Notes: generated by a model not told the origin, from the letters alone. A stretch of 64,000 nucleotides of DNA from Candidatus Latescibacterota bacterium (GCA_965215195.1 CBDCDC010000001.1:512001-576000), one strand, 5' to 3'. Counted from the first letter of the stretch, positions 1 through 9,784 are shown. Program-made: numbers and translations.

Positions 1-492
1 GGTTGGCAGGCCCAACTCAGCGGCGATTTCTTCGACGTCCGGCTCGCTCTCGCGGCCTTGGCCCAGCTTGCGCACGGCCCGCGAAATGTCCTTGAGCAGG
101 CTGAGCTTGTTCAGGGGCAGGCGCACGGTGCGGGCGTGCTCGGCGATGGTCTGCAAGATAGACTGCTTGATCCACCACACCGCGTACGAGATGAACTTGT
201 ATCCCTTGGTGCCGTCGAAGCGCTCGGCAGCGGTCAGCAAGCCCACGTTGCCCGCGCTGATCAAGTCTTCTAGCGAGAGACCGCGGTTCTGGTAGTTTTT
301 GGCCACATCGATGACGAAGCGCAAGTTGGCTTGAACCAACTCGTCGCGGGCGGCCATGTCGCCGCCTTGGATCCGCGCCGACAGCTCAACTTCCCGCTGG
401 CGGCTCAGCGGCCGAGACTCGGCAATGTCGTCGAAGTAGAGGCGCAGTACGTTGTCCTCGTCGTTTAGGGCTTCTTGGATCGCGTAAGCCAT
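1..492 (-). CDS. RNA polymerase sigma-70 family factor (RpoD/RpoS-like), C-terminus beyond window edge
   Basis: Not in the ORF track. Manual translation from CAT at 490-492 gives MAYAIQEALNDEDNVLRLYFDDI...LVQANLRFVIDVAKNYQNRGLSLEDLISAGNVGLLTAAERFDGTKGYKFISYAVWWIKQSI (regions 1.2 and 2). AAGGAAGG SD upstream. Confidence 0.93.
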   Translation of the reverse strand, partial: MAYAIQEALNDEDNVLRLYFDDIAESRPLSRQREVELSARIQGGDMAARDELVQANLRFVIDVAKNYQNRGLSLEDLISAGNVGLLTAAERFDGTKGYKFISYAVWWIKQSILQTIAEHARTVRLPLNKLSLLKDISRAVRKLGQGRESEPDVEEIAAELGLPT

Positions 493-806
493 GTGCGAAA
501 CCTTCCTTGGGTAATGGGGTCAGCAGGTGCAAATTTTTGCACTCAGTTGCGACAATTTTGGGCCGACGTTCCGCAAGGCGCTTGAATTGCGCGAGTTAGA
601 AGCGTCAACTCTGGTGTGCTCAAAGTGCATAATTTGCATTCTCACCATTTCAATTGGGGGCCGCAAAGCACCCCCGCGTTGCTCAATGCTTGCTCTGACA
701 AAATTGCTTGCTCTGTATTAACAAATAGTTAAGGCCGAAACGCGCCGTGAAACTCTTATGGTCGCGCAGAGGGCGACTGGCGCTCCTTTGGACTCACGTA
801 TAGATA

Positions 807-822
807 AGCAAATCCAATGCCA
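807..822 (-). promoter_or_regulatory. Sigma-54 (-24/-12) promoter upstream of the sigma-70 gene
   Basis: Minus strand TGGCATTGGATTTGCT fits TGGCAY-N5-TTGCW with exact GG-N10-GC spacing, and an enhancer-binding protein gene is adjacent. Confidence 0.7.
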
Positions 823-914
823 CACTTGCTTGCTTACTAGTTAAGGCATTGTGAATGCGTTAGTTATGCAAAAGGCCCTGCCGGGTCGAGGAGCGGGTCG
901 AGGGGCCGCGCAGG

Positions 915-935
915 TGCAAAAGTGCAAAAAATGCA
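915..935. promoter_or_regulatory. Candidate enhancer (UAS) TGCA-Nx-TGCA boxes
   Basis: TGCAAAAGTGCAAAAAATGCA lies about 95-115 bp upstream of the -24 box. Similar boxes occur at 527-542 (GTGCAAATTTTTGCAC) and 626-638. Confidence 0.4.
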
Positions 936-990
936 GAAGCTGCCTAAAATTGGCGAGCGGCTGCCGACTGGTCGTGCGTACGCCGACAGC

Positions 991-2355
991 TTACTTGGCC
1001 GTGATATTGTAGCGCTTGAGCTTGTACTGGAGGGAGCGGACGCTAATGCCCAAAATGGCGGCCGCTTCGCGGCGGTTGCCCGTGAGGCGTTGGAGGGTCT
1101 GGCGGATGAGCTCGGCTTCGACCTCTTGCAGGGAAGAGCCGAGGGCCATTGAGAACTGCCCGGGGCCATCGGCTAGCTCGCCGAGCGGGCCGGGCAGGTG
1201 TTCGGGGAGGATGACCGCAACCGGGGTGGTGACCACGAGCCGCTGTAGCAGGTTGCGCAACTGGCGCACATTGCCCGGCCAATCATAGGCGATGAGCCCC
1301 TCCATAGCTTCTGGGCTGATTTTCTTGGGGGGCTTGTTTTGGGCGCGGCAGGTTTCATCGAGGCACATTTCGACCAAGACCGGGATGTCTTCGCGCCGCT
1401 GGCGCAAGGGGGGAATGTCGATGGGGATCACGTTGAGGCGGTAGTACAGGTCTTCGCGGAAGGCCCCTGTTGCGACAGCGGCTTCGAGGTCGCGGTTGGT
1501 GGCGGCAATGATGCGCACATCGGCGCGGTGGGGCTTAGGGTCCCCGAGCGGTTGGAACTCGTGGTTCTCTAGGACGCGCAATAGCTCGACCTGATTTTTG
1601 TGCGAGACCTCGCCGATTTCGTCGAGGAAAAGAGTCCCGCCCTCGGCGAGGGTGAAGCGGCCGGGCCGGTCGGCGTGGGCGCTGGTAAAAGCCCCGCGCT
1701 TGTGGCCGAACAGTTCGCTGGTAAAAAGCTCCTCGGTGAAGCCACCGCAGTTGACGGCCACAAAGGGACCTTCGCGGCGCTTGCTGCGCTCGTGGATGGC
1801 GCGTGCTACCAAATCCTTGCCGACGCCGGTCTCGCCGCGCAAGAGCACCGGCACATCCGCTTGGGCCACTTGTTTGATCGTGGCCGCGGCCGCCTGCATG
1901 GCCGGGCTGCGGCGCACGAGGCGGCGGAAGGGTGCTTCTTTTTCGAGGCGGTTGTGGAGCTTGCGGTTTTCCACGACGAGCTCAAAGCGATCGAGGGCGC
2001 GGGCGACTACGAGGCGCAGGTGGTCTAGATCGACGGGTTTGGTCACTACGTCGTACGCGCCTTTGCGCATGGCTTCGACCGCGGTGTGGACGTTGTCGTG
2101 GGCCGTGAGTACGATGCACAGGGTGTCGGGGTGGTGCTGGCCGACCTCCTGCAAAAGTTGCATCCCAGAGGGGCCGGGCATCTGCAAGTCGAGAATGGCC
2201 AAGTGAAAGTCGCCGGCTTTCAGCATCCGGCGCGTTTGGGCACCGTCGGCAGCGGTTTCGATGGCATAACCGGGTTTTTGCAATGCCTCTTGCAGCCCTT
2301 CGCGGATAAAGAGCGAGTGGTCGGCGATGAGGATGTTGGCTTGGAGTTGGGGCAT
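991..2355 (-). CDS. Sigma-54-dependent response regulator (NtrC/AtoC family: REC-AAA+-Fis HTH)
   Basis: Receiver AILDLQMP, Walker A GETGVGKD, ELFGHKRGAFTSA, Walker B LFLDEIGE, FREDLYYRLNV, WPGNVRQL, C-terminal HTH. Confidence 0.95.
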   Translation of the reverse strand: MPQLQANILIADHSLFIREGLQEALQKPGYAIETAADGAQTRRMLKAGDFHLAILDLQMPGPSGMQLLQEVGQHHPDTLCIVLTAHDNVHTAVEAMRKGAYDVVTKPVDLDHLRLVVARALDRFELVVENRKLHNRLEKEAPFRRLVRRSPAMQAAAATIKQVAQADVPVLLRGETGVGKDLVARAIHERSKRREGPFVAVNCGGFTEELFTSELFGHKRGAFTSAHADRPGRFTLAEGGTLFLDEIGEVSHKNQVELLRVLENHEFQPLGDPKPHRADVRIIAATNRDLEAAVATGAFREDLYYRLNVIPIDIPPLRQRREDIPVLVEMCLDETCRAQNKPPKKISPEAMEGLIAYDWPGNVRQLRNLLQRLVVTTPVAVILPEHLPGPLGELADGPGQFSMALGSSLQEVEAELIRQTLQRLTGNRREAAAILGISVRSLQYKLKRYNITAK

Positions 2356-2364
2356 GAGCTTCTG

Positions 2365-2392
2365 TTGACAGTGCTGGGAAGTGGACTAGCTT
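2365..2392 (+). promoter_or_regulatory. Sigma-70-type promoter for the menaquinone operon, possibly leaderless
   Basis: TTGACA-16 bp-TAGCTT ends 7 nt before ATG 2400, with no SD. Confidence 0.45.
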
Positions 2393-2399
2393 TTCCTGC

Positions 2400-3128
2400 A
2401 TGGAGAATAAGCAAAACATCGCCGAGCACAAGAGGCGCAACCGAGACATGTTCAACGCCATTGCCCGGCGCTACGATTTGCTCAATCACCTGCTCAGTGG
2501 CGGCGTAGATGTGTACTGGCGGCGGTGCGCCCTCGACTGCGCCTTGGGCTCCTCCCCGCAGCGCGTCTTGGACTTGGCTACCGGCACCGGCGATTTTGCC
2601 CTAGCGGCGGCGCGGTTGAGGCCGCAGCAGGTCGTCGGTATTGACATGGCCGTTGAGATGCTGCGGTTGGGTGCCGCCAAGGTCGCTGCCAAACGCCCGC
2701 CGATGCCGCTGGAACTCTTGGTCGGCGACGCCGAGCAGTTGCCGTTTCAGGAGGCCACCTTCGACTTGGTGACCGGGGCCTTTGGCGTGCGCAACTTTGG
2801 GCACATTCCCAGCGGCTTGGCCGAGGCCCACCGCGTCCTCAAACCCGGCGGCCAGATCTTGGTGCTCGACTTTTGCGAGCCGACTGCGCCGCTGTTTAGG
2901 CAATTGTACTTGTTTTACTTCCACAAAGTGCTGCCCCTGATCGGCGGCCTAATCTCCGGCCAGCGCCGGGCCTACGCCTATCTGCCGCGCTCGGTGGGGA
3001 CTTTTCCCCAAGGGCCGGCCTTTGTCGAATTGCTCGCCGCGGCTGGTTTCAGCCAAGCGCGCTACACGCCCATGACGCTGGGGATTGCCGCGGTGTACCA
3101 AGGCGTCAAAGGGCCGGTTGACGAATGA
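2400..3128 (+). CDS. ubiE: Demethylmenaquinone methyltransferase (UbiE/MenG)
   Basis: MFNAIARRYDLLNHLLSGG, VLDLATGTGD SAM motif, FGVRNF, RVLKPGG; heads the mqn genes. Confidence 0.93.
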   Translation: MENKQNIAEHKRRNRDMFNAIARRYDLLNHLLSGGVDVYWRRCALDCALGSSPQRVLDLATGTGDFALAAARLRPQQVVGIDMAVEMLRLGAAKVAAKRPPMPLELLVGDAEQLPFQEATFDLVTGAFGVRNFGHIPSGLAEAHRVLKPGGQILVLDFCEPTAPLFRQLYLFYFHKVLPLIGGLISGQRRAYAYLPRSVGTFPQGPAFVELLAAAGFSQARYTPMTLGIAAVYQGVKGPVDE

Positions 3129-3168
3129 GATACCCATAGGTATTATGTACTAAACGCGGGAGAAATAA

Positions 3169-4293
3169 GTGATTTACGACGACCTTATCGGCCGCGCCGG
3201 CCTCGCAGATATCCACGACAAAGTGATGACCGGCCAGCGCTTGAGCTTGGACGATGGCTTGCGCCTGTACGCCTGCGACGAGCTGCCCATCTTGGGCTAT
3301 CTGGCCAATATCGTCCGCGAGCGCAAAAGCGGCGATATTGCGTACTACGTACGCAACCAGCACATCAACTACACCAACATCTGCAACAAGCTCTGCAAGT
3401 TCTGCTCCTTCTACGTCAAGCCCAAAGACGAGCGCGGCTACGTGTTGGCCCCCGAGCAGGTCGCCGCGCGCGTCGCCGAGTACGACCAAGCCCCGATCAC
3501 CGAGATCCACGTGGTCGGCGGCGTCAATCCCAAGCTGCCCTACCAATACTATCTCGACGTCTTGCAGGCCATGAAGCAAGCCCGCCCGGCCGCGCATCTG
3601 AAGGCCTTCACCATGATCGAGATCGCCCAGATCCAGCGCATCGCCAAAAAGCCGCTCGCAGAGGTCTTTGCCGATATGAAGGCGGCCGGGTTGGAGTCGT
3701 TGCCCGGCGGTGGGGCCGAGGTATTTAGCGATCGGGTCCAAGGCGACCTCTTCTGGACCAAGGCGGATTCCGAGGAGTGGCTGGAAATCGCGCAGGCGGC
3801 GCATCGAGCCGGCCTGCCCTCCAACGCCACCATGCTCTACGGTCACATCGAAAACACCTCAGAGAAGGTCTATCACCTCGTGCGGCTGCGCGAAGTGCAG
3901 GACGAGACCGGCGGTTTCCTCTGCTATATCCCACTCTCCTTCCACCCCGAGCGCACCGAGCTGGCGGACTTACCCGGGCCGACGGGTTGCCTAGACCTCA
4001 AGGAAATCGCCGTGGGGCGGCTGATGCTCGACAATTTCCCCCACGTCAAGACCTTTTGGATTATGAACACCATTGAGATTTCGCAAACCGCGCTCTGGTA
4101 CGGGGCCGACGATATCGACGGCACGGTCATGGACTACGAAATCACCCGCAAGAGTTTCACCCAGACCCAGCAGCGGCTGACCCAAGCCGAACTCGTGCAG
4201 CGCATCGTCGAGGCCGGGCGCCAGCCGCTAGAGCGCGACTCCCTCTACAATATCGTCGCCGATACCCCAGCTCTGCTGGCGGCGGCCGGATAG
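3169..4293 (+). CDS. mqnE: Aminofutalosine synthase (radical SAM)
   Basis: NYTNICNKLCKFCSF CxxxCxxC, LKAFT, LPGGGAEVF, SNATMLYGHIE, LMLDNFPHVK, GADDIDGT. Confidence 0.88.
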   Translation: MIYDDLIGRAGLADIHDKVMTGQRLSLDDGLRLYACDELPILGYLANIVRERKSGDIAYYVRNQHINYTNICNKLCKFCSFYVKPKDERGYVLAPEQVAARVAEYDQAPITEIHVVGGVNPKLPYQYYLDVLQAMKQARPAAHLKAFTMIEIAQIQRIAKKPLAEVFADMKAAGLESLPGGGAEVFSDRVQGDLFWTKADSEEWLEIAQAAHRAGLPSNATMLYGHIENTSEKVYHLVRLREVQDETGGFLCYIPLSFHPERTELADLPGPTGCLDLKEIAVGRLMLDNFPHVKTFWIMNTIEISQTALWYGADDIDGTVMDYEITRKSFTQTQQRLTQAELVQRIVEAGRQPLERDSLYNIVADTPALLAAAG

Positions 4294-4298
4294 CACCC

Positions 4299-5441
4299 GT
4301 GATCGCCGATATTGCCGACAAGGTCTATGCCGGGGAGCGCCTCGCGCTCGCTGATGCCCGCCGCCTGTACGCGCACCACAACCTCGCCGAGTTGGGGATG
4401 CTGGCGCATTGGGCGCGCCAGCAGAAACACCCCGAGCCGGTGGTCACCTACAACGTCGGGCGCAACATCAACTACACCAATGTCTGCTGGGTCAAGTGCG
4501 ACTTTTGCGCCTTCTACCGGCCGCCGGGTTCCAGCGAGGGCTACGTCTTGCCCAATGAGCAGATATTTGCCAAAATCGACGAGTTGGTGGCCTTTGGCGG
4601 CTACGAGCCTAAGTCCTGCGAAATTCTGATGCAGGGCGGCCTCAACCCCAAGCTGCGCCTCGATTACTACGAACAGTTGCTCTCGACGATCAGAGACCGC
4701 TATCCCGAGGTGCAGCTACACTGTCTTTCGGCCACGGAAATCATCTACATCGCGCATTTATCGCGGCTGCCGCTAGACGCGACCATTCGCCGCCTGCGCG
4801 ACGCCGGGCTGGATTCGATACCAGGGGCCGGGGCCGAGATTCTCAACGACGAGGTGCGCGACATTATCGGCTTTCGCAAGGACCGCACCGAAGAGTGGCT
4901 GGAAGTGCATCGCGTGGCGCACGGGCTGGGGATGCCCACTACGGCGACGATGATGTACGGCCACGTGGAGACGGTCGAACACCGTCTAGAGCACCTCAAC
5001 CACCTGCGGCAGCTACAGGACGAATGCGGTGGCTTCACCGCCTTTATCGCTTGGAATTTCCAGCCCGACCACACGGACTTGGGCGCGGACGCGACCCGCT
5101 GGAACGGCGCCAAAGCAACTGGGTACGACCACTTGCGCACGGTGGCCGTAGCGCGGCTCTTTCTCGACAATATCCCCAGCCTACAGGCCTCGTGGGTGAC
5201 CCAAGGGCCTAAAATCGCCCAAGTCAGCTTGCGCTACGGCGTCAACGACTTCGGCAGCACCATGCTCGAAGAAAACGTCGTCAGCGCCGCCGGCACCAGC
5301 CACACCAACGAGATGGGCTTGGATGCCATGGAACGGCTAATCCGCGCGGCCGGCTTTGCGCCGCAACGGCGCAACACCCGCTACGAGCCGGTGGCTTCCC
5401 CCTGTCGGATCGACGCTTTGCAAGAGGCCCTCCATTCATGA
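4299..5441 (+). CDS. mqnC: Cyclic dehypoxanthinyl futalosine synthase (radical SAM)
   Basis: RNINYTNVCWVKCDFCAFYR, LMQGGLNP, TTATMMYGH, QASWVTQG, NDFGSTMLEENVV. Confidence 0.92.
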   Translation: MIADIADKVYAGERLALADARRLYAHHNLAELGMLAHWARQQKHPEPVVTYNVGRNINYTNVCWVKCDFCAFYRPPGSSEGYVLPNEQIFAKIDELVAFGGYEPKSCEILMQGGLNPKLRLDYYEQLLSTIRDRYPEVQLHCLSATEIIYIAHLSRLPLDATIRRLRDAGLDSIPGAGAEILNDEVRDIIGFRKDRTEEWLEVHRVAHGLGMPTTATMMYGHVETVEHRLEHLNHLRQLQDECGGFTAFIAWNFQPDHTDLGADATRWNGAKATGYDHLRTVAVARLFLDNIPSLQASWVTQGPKIAQVSLRYGVNDFGSTMLEENVVSAAGTSHTNEMGLDAMERLIRAAGFAPQRRNTRYEPVASPCRIDALQEALHS

Positions 5442-6232
5442 AGCCGCGCTTGGGCGCGGTCCCATACCTCAACACGCGGCCCCTCGTCGTTGCCCTCGAA
5501 TGCGACCCCGCACCTTTCGCATTGAGTTATGCGGTGCCCTCGCGCTGCGCGAGGGAACTGGCGGATGGCACCATTGACGTGGGGATCATTCCCGCGATCG
5601 AATATGCCCGCAACTCTCGCCTCTATTGGATCGTCCCCGAGATAGCCATTGGTTCGCAGGGGCCGGTGCTGACCGTGCGCCTCTTTTGCCGCCGTCCGTT
5701 GCCGCAGATCGAGCGCATAGCCCTCGACACCAGTTCCCGCACTTCAGTGGCTCTGTTGGCCATTCTCCTGCGCGAAAAATTCGCTCTCACCCCGCAATTG
5801 ATCGAAGCTCCGCCCGATCTGGAGGTCATGCTAGCTGCGGCTGACGCGGCCCTGCTCATCGGCGATCAGGTCTTCCCGCACTTGGACGGGGACTTGGAGA
5901 GCTTGGATTTGGGGCGGGAATGGACGGCCATGACCGATCTGCCTTTTGTCTTTGCCTTTTGGGCCGGTCGCCAGCAGGCACTCACACCCGCCCAAGTCCA
6001 ACAATTGCAGTGGGCCAAAGAGCAGGGGTTGTGCCAAGTGCCGTCCATCGCCGCAGCGTACAGTCGAGAATGCGGCGGCCCGCCCGAGTTCTACGAGCGC
6101 TACCTGACCCACCACATCCGCTTTGATTTGGACGAGGCCGCTCAAGCTGGTTTGCGGCTGTTCTATCAACTGGCTCACCGCCACGGCCTGATCGACGCGG
6201 TCCCCCGGCTGCGCTTTTATCCTGCGACCTGA
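5438..6232 (+). CDS. mqnA: Chorismate dehydratase (futalosine pathway)
   Basis: LGAVPYLNTRPL, LDTSSRTSVAL, AALLIGD, DLGREW, LPFVFAFW. Confidence 0.92.
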   Translation: MKPRLGAVPYLNTRPLVVALECDPAPFALSYAVPSRCARELADGTIDVGIIPAIEYARNSRLYWIVPEIAIGSQGPVLTVRLFCRRPLPQIERIALDTSSRTSVALLAILLREKFALTPQLIEAPPDLEVMLAAADAALLIGDQVFPHLDGDLESLDLGREWTAMTDLPFVFAFWAGRQQALTPAQVQQLQWAKEQGLCQVPSIAAAYSRECGGPPEFYERYLTHHIRFDLDEAAQAGLRLFYQLAHRHGLIDAVPRLRFYPAT

Positions 6233-6265
6233 CCTAGGCCGCCTTTGTCGACGAGGAAGGTCGAG

Positions 6266-7153
6266 ATGGCTCTCTTGCAGGCCATTGCGGCGTACGGCCG
6301 CATGATCAAATTCTCCCACAGCGTCTTTGCCCTGCCTTTTGCCTTTAGCGGTGCCTTGCTGGCCGCGACGCACACTGGCATCACTCCGGCTCAGATCGGC
6401 TGGATTGCGCTGGCGATGGTCGGGGCGCGCAGCGCGGCGATGGGTTTTAATCGCCTCGTCGACCGCCACTTCGACGCGGCCAATCCCCGCACCCAAAACC
6501 GCGAACTGCCGCAAGGCGTGGTCTCGCCCCGGGCCGTGGGGGTGTTCGTGGTTCTGTCGGCCTTGGTCCTGGTCCTCGCCGCTCACCAGCTCAACCCGTT
6601 GTGCTTTTACCTGTCGCCGCTGGTTTTGGCCGTGCTCTTGTTCTACTCGCTGACCAAGCGCTTCACTTGGGCCTCCCACTTGGTTCTGGGGCTGAGTTTG
6701 GGCGGGGCACCGCTGGGCGCTTGGATTGCGGTCACCGGTGGCTTTGACCTCATCCCGCTGCTGCTCTGCTCGGGGGTGCTGGTTTGGGTGGCCGGCTTTG
6801 ACATCATCTACGCCTGCGGGGATCGCGCCTTTGACGTCCGGGCCGGGCTCCATTCTATCCCGGTCCGCTTTGGCATTGCCCGCGCCCTGTACATCGCCCG
6901 CGTTTTGCACCTCTTGTTCGTGGTGCTGCTGGTCCTCGTGGGCCGTGCGGCCGGCTTGAGCCTTTTGTATTGGTTGGGCGTAGTAGTGGTCGCCGGCTTG
7001 CTGGTGTACGAGCACCGGCTGGTGCGGACTGACGATCTGTCCCGCCTGAGCACGGCCTTTATGACGGTCAACAGCGCGGTCAGCCTGATCTACTTTGCCG
7101 CGATCTGGGCCGATCTGCTCGTCTTTGGCGAGGGGGAATTGCTGCGCTTTTGA
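6266..7153 (+). CDS. mqnP: UbiA-family polyprenyltransferase (MqnP-like)
   Basis: IKFSHSVFALPF, ARSAAMGFNRLVDRHFDAANPRT, YSLTKRFT, WVAGFDIIYAC; multiple TM helices. Start placed at ATG 6266 after GAGGAAGG. Confidence 0.88.
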   Translation: MALLQAIAAYGRMIKFSHSVFALPFAFSGALLAATHTGITPAQIGWIALAMVGARSAAMGFNRLVDRHFDAANPRTQNRELPQGVVSPRAVGVFVVLSALVLVLAAHQLNPLCFYLSPLVLAVLLFYSLTKRFTWASHLVLGLSLGGAPLGAWIAVTGGFDLIPLLLCSGVLVWVAGFDIIYACGDRAFDVRAGLHSIPVRFGIARALYIARVLHLLFVVLLVLVGRAAGLSLLYWLGVVVVAGLLVYEHRLVRTDDLSRLSTAFMTVNSAVSLIYFAAIWADLLVFGEGELLRF

Positions 7154-7190
7154 TGGGAAATACGAACCAATGCTTCACTGCTCATTCTCA

Positions 7191-8315
7191 TCAAAACGCC
7201 GTCTCGTAAAGCCGCAGGAAGTCCGCTTCTTGCAAGGGAAGCGGATTGAAGGCGCCGGTCCATTGGCCGGCGGCCTCTTGGGCCATAGCGGGTAGATCGC
7301 TTGCGGCGACTTGGCACTCGGCGAGCCGACGCGGTAGCTCCGCCCTAGCGCACAATTCTTCGAGGTGTGCGGCGAGCGCAAGGGTGCCGCCCTTGAGTTG
7401 GATTTCCGCGCAAAGCTCGCCGTATAAATCATCCACCACCAGGCCATTCAAGCGAACCACGTGCGGCAGCATCAGGGCCACGGCGCAACCGTGGGAGAGC
7501 GGGTAGCGGGCAGTGAGGGGGTTGGCGGTGGCGTGGGCCGCGCCGAGCATGGAGTTTTCGATGGCAGTGCCGGCTAGGTGGGCACCTAAAAGCATGGCGG
7601 CGGCGTTTTGGGGATCGGCGACAGCGGCCTCGTAGTGGGGCACTAGCAGCCGATAGGCTTGGCGGGCGAACATCTGCGAGAGGGGCGTGCGGCGGGTGGA
7701 GACGTAGCTTTCAACCGCGTGGGCGAGGGCGTCCATACCCGCGTCGGTGCGCACGCGCTGGGGAGCACTGGCCAGCAGGGTCGGGTCGAGGATGGCGACG
7801 TGGAAGCGCGCTTGGCGGGCACCGCAGGCCATTTTGGTGCCGTTGTCAGCGCAGGTAATCAGGGCGTAGGATTGGGCCTCGCTGCCCGTCCCGGCCGTAG
7901 TGGGGACGCCGATGGAGGGAAGCATGGGCTGGGTGGCTTTGCCGTAGCCTCGGTAGTCCTGCATTTGGCCGCCGTTGGTCAGCAGGAAATTGATGCCCTT
8001 GGCGCAATCCATAGCACTGCCGCCGCCCAAGGCGACGATCAGGTCAATGGGTCCGTGGGCGCGGGCGTGGCGGACGCCGGCGGCTACGTGTTCGGTCGTG
8101 GGGTTTTCCGCTATGGAGGCGAAGGGGGTCGTCGCTAGCCCGGCGCGTTGCAGGGCGCGGCTTGCCCGGTCGGCGAGGCCGGCTTGCACGAGGCCGGGGT
8201 CGGTTACGAGCAAGGCGCGGGGGCCGGCCAATGCACTGGCGAGGTCGCCTAGCTGGTCGAGGATCCCGGCACCAAAGACCACGCGGATGGACGGATCAAA
8301 GTCGAAAGGGGTCAT
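7191..8315 (-). CDS. Iron-containing alcohol dehydrogenase
   Basis: ALGGGSAMDCAKG, PTTAGTGSE, DALAHAVESY, GAAHATANP, HGCAV. Start MTPFDF overlaps the upstream stop (ATGA). Confidence 0.92.
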   Translation of the reverse strand: MTPFDFDPSIRVVFGAGILDQLGDLASALAGPRALLVTDPGLVQAGLADRASRALQRAGLATTPFASIAENPTTEHVAAGVRHARAHGPIDLIVALGGGSAMDCAKGINFLLTNGGQMQDYRGYGKATQPMLPSIGVPTTAGTGSEAQSYALITCADNGTKMACGARQARFHVAILDPTLLASAPQRVRTDAGMDALAHAVESYVSTRRTPLSQMFARQAYRLLVPHYEAAVADPQNAAAMLLGAHLAGTAIENSMLGAAHATANPLTARYPLSHGCAVALMLPHVVRLNGLVVDDLYGELCAEIQLKGGTLALAAHLEELCARAELPRRLAECQVAASDLPAMAQEAAGQWTGAFNPLPLQEADFLRLYETAF

Positions 8316-9709
8316 CCGGCCCAGCACTGCAAGGCGCGCTGCTGGTAGAGGAAGTCGAAGAGGTTGCCCTCGTGCGGTTGCTCCCAAGCGATTTGGTGGG
8401 TGGGGATCGGGCCGAGGTTGAGGCGCTCGATGTGGGGTGCGGCGAGCAGTTGGCGCGTCAGGTGCTCGTCCTCAGTGAGGGCGGTAGCCACCAGCGTCGG
8501 GCCAATGCGTGCGACCACTTCCTCTTGCGGGACTTCGACGACTGCGGCGAAAGGAAAGAGATATTCGGTATTGGCCAGCGGATGTTGCCAGTCGGGAGCG
8601 TGGATCAAGGTCGGGTTGAGGAAGGTGCAGCCGCCGCTCTCGGCGATGCGTTCGCCTTGGCCTCTGGCCGTGTCCTCGGCTGAGTCGCCGAGCTGGACGT
8701 CGATTAGGGCCGAGAGCTGGCGCACTCCTGCGGGATTGGGGAAGGCGGCGATCTGGGCTTGGGGATCGTCGAGGGGACGGGCTTGGATTTGGCTCAGGCA
8801 CTCGCCGAGAGCGGCGGCTATTTCGCGGCCGCGGGCGGGCACCCATACGCCCGAGGCGTTGAGGCAGGAGCGGCCCCCATTGGCGGCGATTGAGGCGACC
8901 ATGAGGTCGAGGTAGTGGTCCCACTGGTCGATTTTGTCCGCGCCGATGATAATCTTGCTGCGCCCCGGTCCGTGTAGCTGGACGCGAGGATCGTCGCGAT
9001 AGGGGGCAACGGTGGGACCGCCGCCAAACAGCAGCGAGCGACCGCAGCCGAGCAGGATTTCCGTGCTGCCGCCGTGGTCGGTTGGGTAGTAGCTCAGGGC
9101 GTAGGGCGGGCAGCCGGCCGCGATCAGGGCTTGGGCGATGCGGTGGGGGGTCCACGGCTCTTCGCGGCCCGGCTTGAGCACCAGCGGGATCTTGAGCGGG
9201 ATGGCCGGCAACCACAGCGCGTGGACGCCGGGCGAATTGCTGGGCAGGACGCAGCCGAGGGCGTGGGCGTGGGGCACAAAGTGGAGCGGGCGTGGGCCAT
9301 CGTCGAGAACGGTCAGGTCCAAGCCGCGGGTCAGGCCGCTGAGCACGGCGGGCATTTCCGTGCCGACGCGGTGGATTTTGTCCATGTTGGCGCGGGCCAG
9401 TGCCTGCGGCAGGCCGGTGGTGGCCGAGACTTGCGCGACATAGTCGTCCGGGGTTTGGCCATCGTCGCCTAAAGGCAGTTCGGCGCGCAAGAAGAGGTCG
9501 GCGGCTCGTTGGCAAATGGCGACCAATTCGGCGACAGTGAGGGCTTGCAGTGCCTGGCGGTTGCGCTCTTGGGCAGCTAAGTCGCGGGCAATCAGGCCGC
9601 GGTTGGCTTGGCTGACTTGAGCTAGGGGTTGGCCGGTGGCGATGTGGGCGACGGCGAGGCGGTCGAGGCTGGCGTAGGGCTGACCGGCGCGGAGGAGGGG
9701 TAGGTGCAT
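8312..9709 (-). CDS. Aldehyde dehydrogenase-fold / acyl reductase (EhpG/GriD-like)
   Basis: VLPSNSPGVH, LKPGREEP, LHGPGRSK, NGGRSCLNAS (catalytic Cys), EYLFPF; adjacent to the EhpF-like gene. Confidence 0.8.
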   Translation of the reverse strand: MHLPLLRAGQPYASLDRLAVAHIATGQPLAQVSQANRGLIARDLAAQERNRQALQALTVAELVAICQRAADLFLRAELPLGDDGQTPDDYVAQVSATTGLPQALARANMDKIHRVGTEMPAVLSGLTRGLDLTVLDDGPRPLHFVPHAHALGCVLPSNSPGVHALWLPAIPLKIPLVLKPGREEPWTPHRIAQALIAAGCPPYALSYYPTDHGGSTEILLGCGRSLLFGGGPTVAPYRDDPRVQLHGPGRSKIIIGADKIDQWDHYLDLMVASIAANGGRSCLNASGVWVPARGREIAAALGECLSQIQARPLDDPQAQIAAFPNPAGVRQLSALIDVQLGDSAEDTARGQGERIAESGGCTFLNPTLIHAPDWQHPLANTEYLFPFAAVVEVPQEEVVARIGPTLVATALTEDEHLTRQLLAAPHIERLNLGPIPTHQIAWEQPHEGNLFDFLYQQRALQCWAG

Positions 9710-9784
9710 GGGTTTGGGTTTCAGATTGGAGTTGGAATGAGCCGTTGTGGTCTATAAGCGTTGAGCGAGCTTAGAACTCACCCC

